This document shows, piece by piece, positions 60,271-64,000 of a DNA stretch of 64,000 nucleotides (within the stretch, counting starts at the first letter, position 1; every line of letters begins with the position of its first letter). The notes below the pieces were generated by a model. That model did no database searches. It was not told the DNA's origin and worked only from the letters and a program-made list of their open reading frames with translations. This DNA comes from Alkalispirochaeta sp. GTDB taxonomy: Bacteria > Spirochaetota > Spirochaetia > DSM-27196 > Alkalispirochaetaceae. The translations under genes were made by a program, and so were the position numbers. The DNA lies in assembly GCA_965601925.1 (NCBI GenBank), contig OZ271854.1:256001-320000 (forward strand). Reading direction: 5' to 3'.

Positions 60271-61206
60271 ATGCCGGAGGCGGTGGCATTGAAAAACCAG
60301 CATGATCAGGGTCGCAGAGACGGCGAATTTGTTCTCAGCACTCCTACGGAGGTCGAAAACGAGCTACCGTTTCAACTCATCGGCGCGGGATGTGACTTCT
60401 ATCAGTATCCTATCGATCGCCCGTTCGGATTTCCCGTTTTTCAGTGGATCCAGACGATGAGCGGCAACGGCGTGCTCATTTACAACGGCCAGGAGATGAA
60501 AGTCGGGGACCACGAGGGGATACTCCTCTATCCCGAAGTGGGTCACCGGTACCACGCCGTCGAGGAGCCGTGGTACGTCAATTGGATCACCTTCAGCGGC
60601 CACCATATCGAGAGCATGCTCCAATACGCCGATATGAATAGGACCGGAGTCTACCGCGTCTCCGAGGCCTCGATCGTCGAGTCGTTGATTCGCAAGGCGT
60701 TTCATACCCTCGCAAGCACCTATCCGCTCAAGGGCGTGGACGGCTCGGTGATCGTCTACGAGTTACTCCTCGGCTTTCTCAAGTACGCGCGCTTGGAGGG
60801 GTCGGAGAGTCGCAACACGCACGTCATGCGCCTGAAGCCGGCTCTCGACTTGATAGAACGAGAGATGCACCGCCCTTTGAGCCTAAACGATCTCGCCTCA
60901 TCGATCGGCGTTACCCCGCAGTACTTCTGCGAGCTGTTCCGAACCGTGACGAGTCGTCGTCCGACCGAGTACGTTAATCAGCGACGCATCGACCGGGCGA
61001 AGGAGATTCTCTACGCCGAGCCCAATACGCGTATCAGCGAGATCGCACATCGCGTCGGGTTTGAGAGCGACAGCTACTTTTCTACCGTATTTCGTCGTAT
61101 GGAGGGTGTCAGCCCCCGGCAGTATCGCGAAACGAAGACCGGCGTACAACTCGACGAGCACACGGCCCTATTCGCCCGGCGGCTGCAACGCCAGGGCGAT
61201 CGATAG
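60271..61206 (+). CDS. AraC family transcriptional regulator
   Basis: Cupin-like N-domain; LNDLASSIGVTPQYFCELFR and ISEIAHRVGFESDSYFSTVFR; start uncertain. Confidence 0.92.
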   Translation: MPEAVALKNQHDQGRRDGEFVLSTPTEVENELPFQLIGAGCDFYQYPIDRPFGFPVFQWIQTMSGNGVLIYNGQEMKVGDHEGILLYPEVGHRYHAVEEPWYVNWITFSGHHIESMLQYADMNRTGVYRVSEASIVESLIRKAFHTLASTYPLKGVDGSVIVYELLLGFLKYARLEGSESRNTHVMRLKPALDLIEREMHRPLSLNDLASSIGVTPQYFCELFRTVTSRRPTEYVNQRRIDRAKEILYAEPNTRISEIAHRVGFESDSYFSTVFRRMEGVSPRQYRETKTGVQLDEHTALFARRLQRQGDR

Positions 61207-61605
61207 TCGATTCCAGGCGTTCATCAGCATAATCTGGTGAACGAGATAGAGCGTCGCCTCCCCTCCGAGTCCGTCCACCGCCGCTTGCCACAGATCGTCG
61301 CGGATGCCGGCGGCAGGGTGCTTCGTCAATGCGCGCGCCAGACGGAGCGCCGACTTCTCACTCGCCGAGAAGCGCCCGCTCTCCTCAAAGGTTGTTACCA
61401 GGCGTAGTTTTTCCTCCGCTACCCCTTCGGCGCGAGCCTTCTCCCAATGTACGACGATACAGTGCGCGCACCCATTCAGCTGCGAGACGAGCACCGATAC
61501 CAACTCTCTCAAGCCGTTGTCGAGGACGCTGCGCCGGATGATTCCGGAGAGCGAAAACAGGGCGCGTGTCGCTTCGGGGGCAACCGTCCGGTAGTCGATA
61601 CGCAT
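61168..61605 (-). CDS. AhpD/carboxymuconolactone decarboxylase family protein
   Basis: ELVSVLVSQLNGCAHCIVVH and MNAWNR; overlaps the AraC 3' end by 39 nt. Confidence 0.88.
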   Translation of the reverse strand: MRIDYRTVAPEATRALFSLSGIIRRSVLDNGLRELVSVLVSQLNGCAHCIVVHWEKARAEGVAEEKLRLVTTFEESGRFSASEKSALRLARALTKHPAAGIRDDLWQAAVDGLGGEATLYLVHQIMLMNAWNRLSIALALQPPGE

Positions 61606-61824
61606 CGGTGAAAGATAGCGATTTTTAACACGAACGGTTTGGCGTAAAGCCGATCCCCGATGACCGGGCGATACGGCGATCGTCTTCGCGTCACAAGGTG
61701 CACGGTCAACCGCACATATCACCGAGGGATACGTGCGATTCCTGCGCGCCCGATGGAGCGTCGAGGTAGTCTATGGCCGCACCCGCGGAGTCCGCGGGGC
61801 ACCCGTCGACGGGCACGGGCCTCG

Positions 61825-63696
61825 CTACAGCGCCTTCTCCATCACACGATTGAGTCGCTCGACGAACGTCGCCGGGTCTTTCAGTTGCACACCTTCGACA
61901 AGAAGCGCCTGATCGAGAAGCAGGAACGAGGCGTCCGCAAAACGATCGTCGTCTTCGATCTCTTTCATGCGCTCGACGATCGTGTGGTCCGGGTTGATCT
62001 CCAATATCGGTTTCACATCCGGTAGATCGACCTGTCCCATCGCCTTCATCATCTGCGCCATTTTCATCGTGGGATCGCTCTCGTCTACGACCATACAACT
62101 CGGACTGTCGGCGAGACGTACCGAGGTCACCACGTCTTTGACGCGATCCTCCAGCACCTTCTTCATCCGCTCAAGGAGCGGTTGGAGCTCCTTGTCCTTT
62201 TCTTTGTCTTTCTGCTCGTTGAGATCTTCGCCGGCGTCCGAGCGGTTGACCGCCTTGAGGTCGATGTCTTTGTACTTCCCGACTGTGGGAATCACGAGCT
62301 CGTCGACGTCCTCGGCCATGACGAGCACCTCGATGTTCTTCTTCCGGTACGCCTCCAACAGCGGCGAGCGGCGCAAGGTCTCCTCGTTGTCGCCGGTGAT
62401 GAAGTAGATCGCCTTCTGGTCCGGGAGCATGCGCTCTTTGTACTCGGCGAGGCTCGTCCATCCGTCGGCCGTGGTACTCTTGAACCGCACGAGGTCCATC
62501 AACGCCTCACGGTTGGCAAAATCGGAGTAAAGCCCCTCCTTGAGCGGCCGATTGAACGCCTCGATGAAGGCGCCCCACGTCTCGGCGTCCTCGGCGGCGA
62601 GGCGGGCGAACTCGTTAAGCAACTTCTTGACCGAACTCTCCCTAATTTTTGCGAGGATGCGATTTTGCTGCAGTATCTCGCGGCTGACGTTGAGGGGCAG
62701 GTCCTCCGAGTCAATTACCCCCCGGACGAAGCGCAGGTAGGTCGGCATGAGCTCCTTCTCGTCGTCGGTGATAAAGACGCGCCGGACGTAGAGCTTGACG
62801 CCGGGACGATAGTCGACCTGATACATATCGAAGGGCGCCGTCTTGGGAACGTAGAAGAGCGTCGTGTACTCCATCGTTCCCTCAGCTTGGGTGTGGAGAT
62901 GGAAGAGCGGCTCGTCGGTATCGTGGCTGATCGTCTTGTAGAACTCGGCGTACTCCTCTTCGGAGATGTCGGATTTGCCGCGCTTCCACAACGCATTGGC
63001 GCTGTTGACTTGCTCGGTAGTCGGCTCTTTGCTCTTCTCCTTGCCCTTATCGTCGTACTCGACCTTCTCGTAGTGGAGCCAGATCGGAAAGGCGATGTGG
63101 TTGGAATACTTCTTGATGATCTGTTCGATCTGCCACCGAGAGGCGTACTCCTCGCCCTCGCCGTTCAGGTGCAGAACTACCGTCGTACCTTGGCTGTCGC
63201 GTTCGGCCTCGTTCAGATCGAATCCGCTCTCGCCGTCGGACTCCCACTTCCACGCCTTCTCCTCTCCGGCCTTGCGACTGATCACCTCGACGCGGTCGGC
63301 GACCATAAAGACCGAATAGAACCCGACACCGAACTGGCCGATGAGGTTGCTGTCTTTCTTCGCGTCCCCCGTGAGCTGTCCCAAAAAGGCCTTGGTACCG
63401 CTCTTGGCGATCGTACCCAGATTCTCGACCAGATCGGTCTCGCCCATACCGATTCCGTTGTCGCGGACGGTGAGCGTCTTACCACCTTCGGCATCGGAGA
63501 ACTCGATATCGATACGCGGCTGAAACTCCATCGACTTGAAGGCGTCTTCGGTCAGCGTGAGATACTTGAGCTTATCCAGCGCGTCGCTGGAGTTGGAAAC
63601 CAGCTCTCTCAAAAAGATCTCTTTGTGCGAATAGAGAGAATGAATAATGAGATTGAGTAGCTGGTTGACCTCGGTCTGAAATTGATGTGTGGACAT
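61825..63696 (-). CDS. htpG: Chaperone HtpG (Hsp90)
   Basis: YSHKEIFLRELVSNSSDA, NLGTIAKSGT, IGQFGVGFYS, DLPLNVSRE; ATG 63696. Confidence 0.98.
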   Translation of the reverse strand: MSTHQFQTEVNQLLNLIIHSLYSHKEIFLRELVSNSSDALDKLKYLTLTEDAFKSMEFQPRIDIEFSDAEGGKTLTVRDNGIGMGETDLVENLGTIAKSGTKAFLGQLTGDAKKDSNLIGQFGVGFYSVFMVADRVEVISRKAGEEKAWKWESDGESGFDLNEAERDSQGTTVVLHLNGEGEEYASRWQIEQIIKKYSNHIAFPIWLHYEKVEYDDKGKEKSKEPTTEQVNSANALWKRGKSDISEEEYAEFYKTISHDTDEPLFHLHTQAEGTMEYTTLFYVPKTAPFDMYQVDYRPGVKLYVRRVFITDDEKELMPTYLRFVRGVIDSEDLPLNVSREILQQNRILAKIRESSVKKLLNEFARLAAEDAETWGAFIEAFNRPLKEGLYSDFANREALMDLVRFKSTTADGWTSLAEYKERMLPDQKAIYFITGDNEETLRRSPLLEAYRKKNIEVLVMAEDVDELVIPTVGKYKDIDLKAVNRSDAGEDLNEQKDKEKDKELQPLLERMKKVLEDRVKDVVTSVRLADSPSCMVVDESDPTMKMAQMMKAMGQVDLPDVKPILEINPDHTIVERMKEIEDDDRFADASFLLLDQALLVEGVQLKDPATFVERLNRVMEKAL

Positions 63697-63758
63697 ACTG
63701 TGATCCCTCAATCCTTTGATAAATGCGTCCCACCAAAGGGTTTCGGTGGGCGCCGCAC

Positions 63759-63787
63759 AATATACCGCCAATTACGAGGCGGGTAAA
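63759..63787 (-). promoter_or_regulatory. Sigma70-type promoter of htpG
   Basis: TTTACC-N17-TATATT on the minus strand. Confidence 0.5.
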
Positions 63788-63805
63788 TAGCAGGGGGCGC
63801 CGCGT

Positions 63806-64000
63806 CTACTCGTGCTCGAATGAGTGCCGTAACACGACGCTCCGGCGATCGGCATCGTAGCGCCGTCGCTTCTCTTCCGGAAGCTTATCCACCTCCACCC
63901 GCGTGAAACCGATACTCTCGAACCAGTCGATGGTGCGGGTGGTCAGGACGAACACCGCCGGAAGGCGCAGGCTACGGGCGCGTTCCATGAGGTAGAGCAC
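63806..64000 (-). CDS. argA: Amino-acid N-acetyltransferase, 3' end only
   Basis: FVLTTRTIDWFESIGF...LPEEKRRRY...RRSVVL matches the ArgA C-terminus; truncated by the window edge. Confidence 0.8.
   Translation of the reverse strand: MLYLMERARSLRLPAVFVLTTRTIDWFESIGFTRVEVDKLPEEKRRRYDADRRSVVLRHSFEHE

Noticed and set aside
61782..61813. Palindromes CCCGCGGA-G-TCCGCGGG and CCCGTCGACGGG after htpG as REP elements
   Set aside because: Single copies with no U-tract; plausible 3' hairpins but not supportable as a repeat family.

Overview
GC-rich bacterial chromosomal window (about 60-65% GC by eye) with about 50 protein-coding genes. I found no rRNA, tRNA, CRISPR array or mobile element. The host is probably a free-living Spirochaetaceae member, inferred from the ASGQxE-type solute-binding protein signal, spirochaetal lipoboxes, a giant protein ending in a FlgD-Ig domain and acidic surface proteins. 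Main content in order: DHOD-like flavoprotein; cNMP-binding protein; rseC-rnfBCDGEA operon; aspartoacylase; an 18-copy palindromic 27-bp tandem array; a metallo-beta-lactamase/cNMP protein; a zwf-pgl-malic enzyme-TrxR-like cluster; an OmpR-type two-component system; bcp; two orphan lipoproteins; a 4156-aa secreted repeat protein; aroA; two AEC transporters; an MCP; an AraC/ABC/GH36/GH2 galactoside locus; htpG; the 3' end of argA. Most notable: (1) a chloroplast-type G6PDH with the regulatory cysteine pair, clustered with a thioredoxin-reductase paralogue lacking both its CxxC and its NADPH-binding loop; (2) a T9SS-like C-terminal domain on the giant protein; (3) a hairpin/G-run array filling the gap between two divergent promoters; (4) many apparently leaderless genes, including two bidirectional -10 cores; (5) a probable ATT start for aroA. 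All family assignments come from motif recognition, not from database searches.
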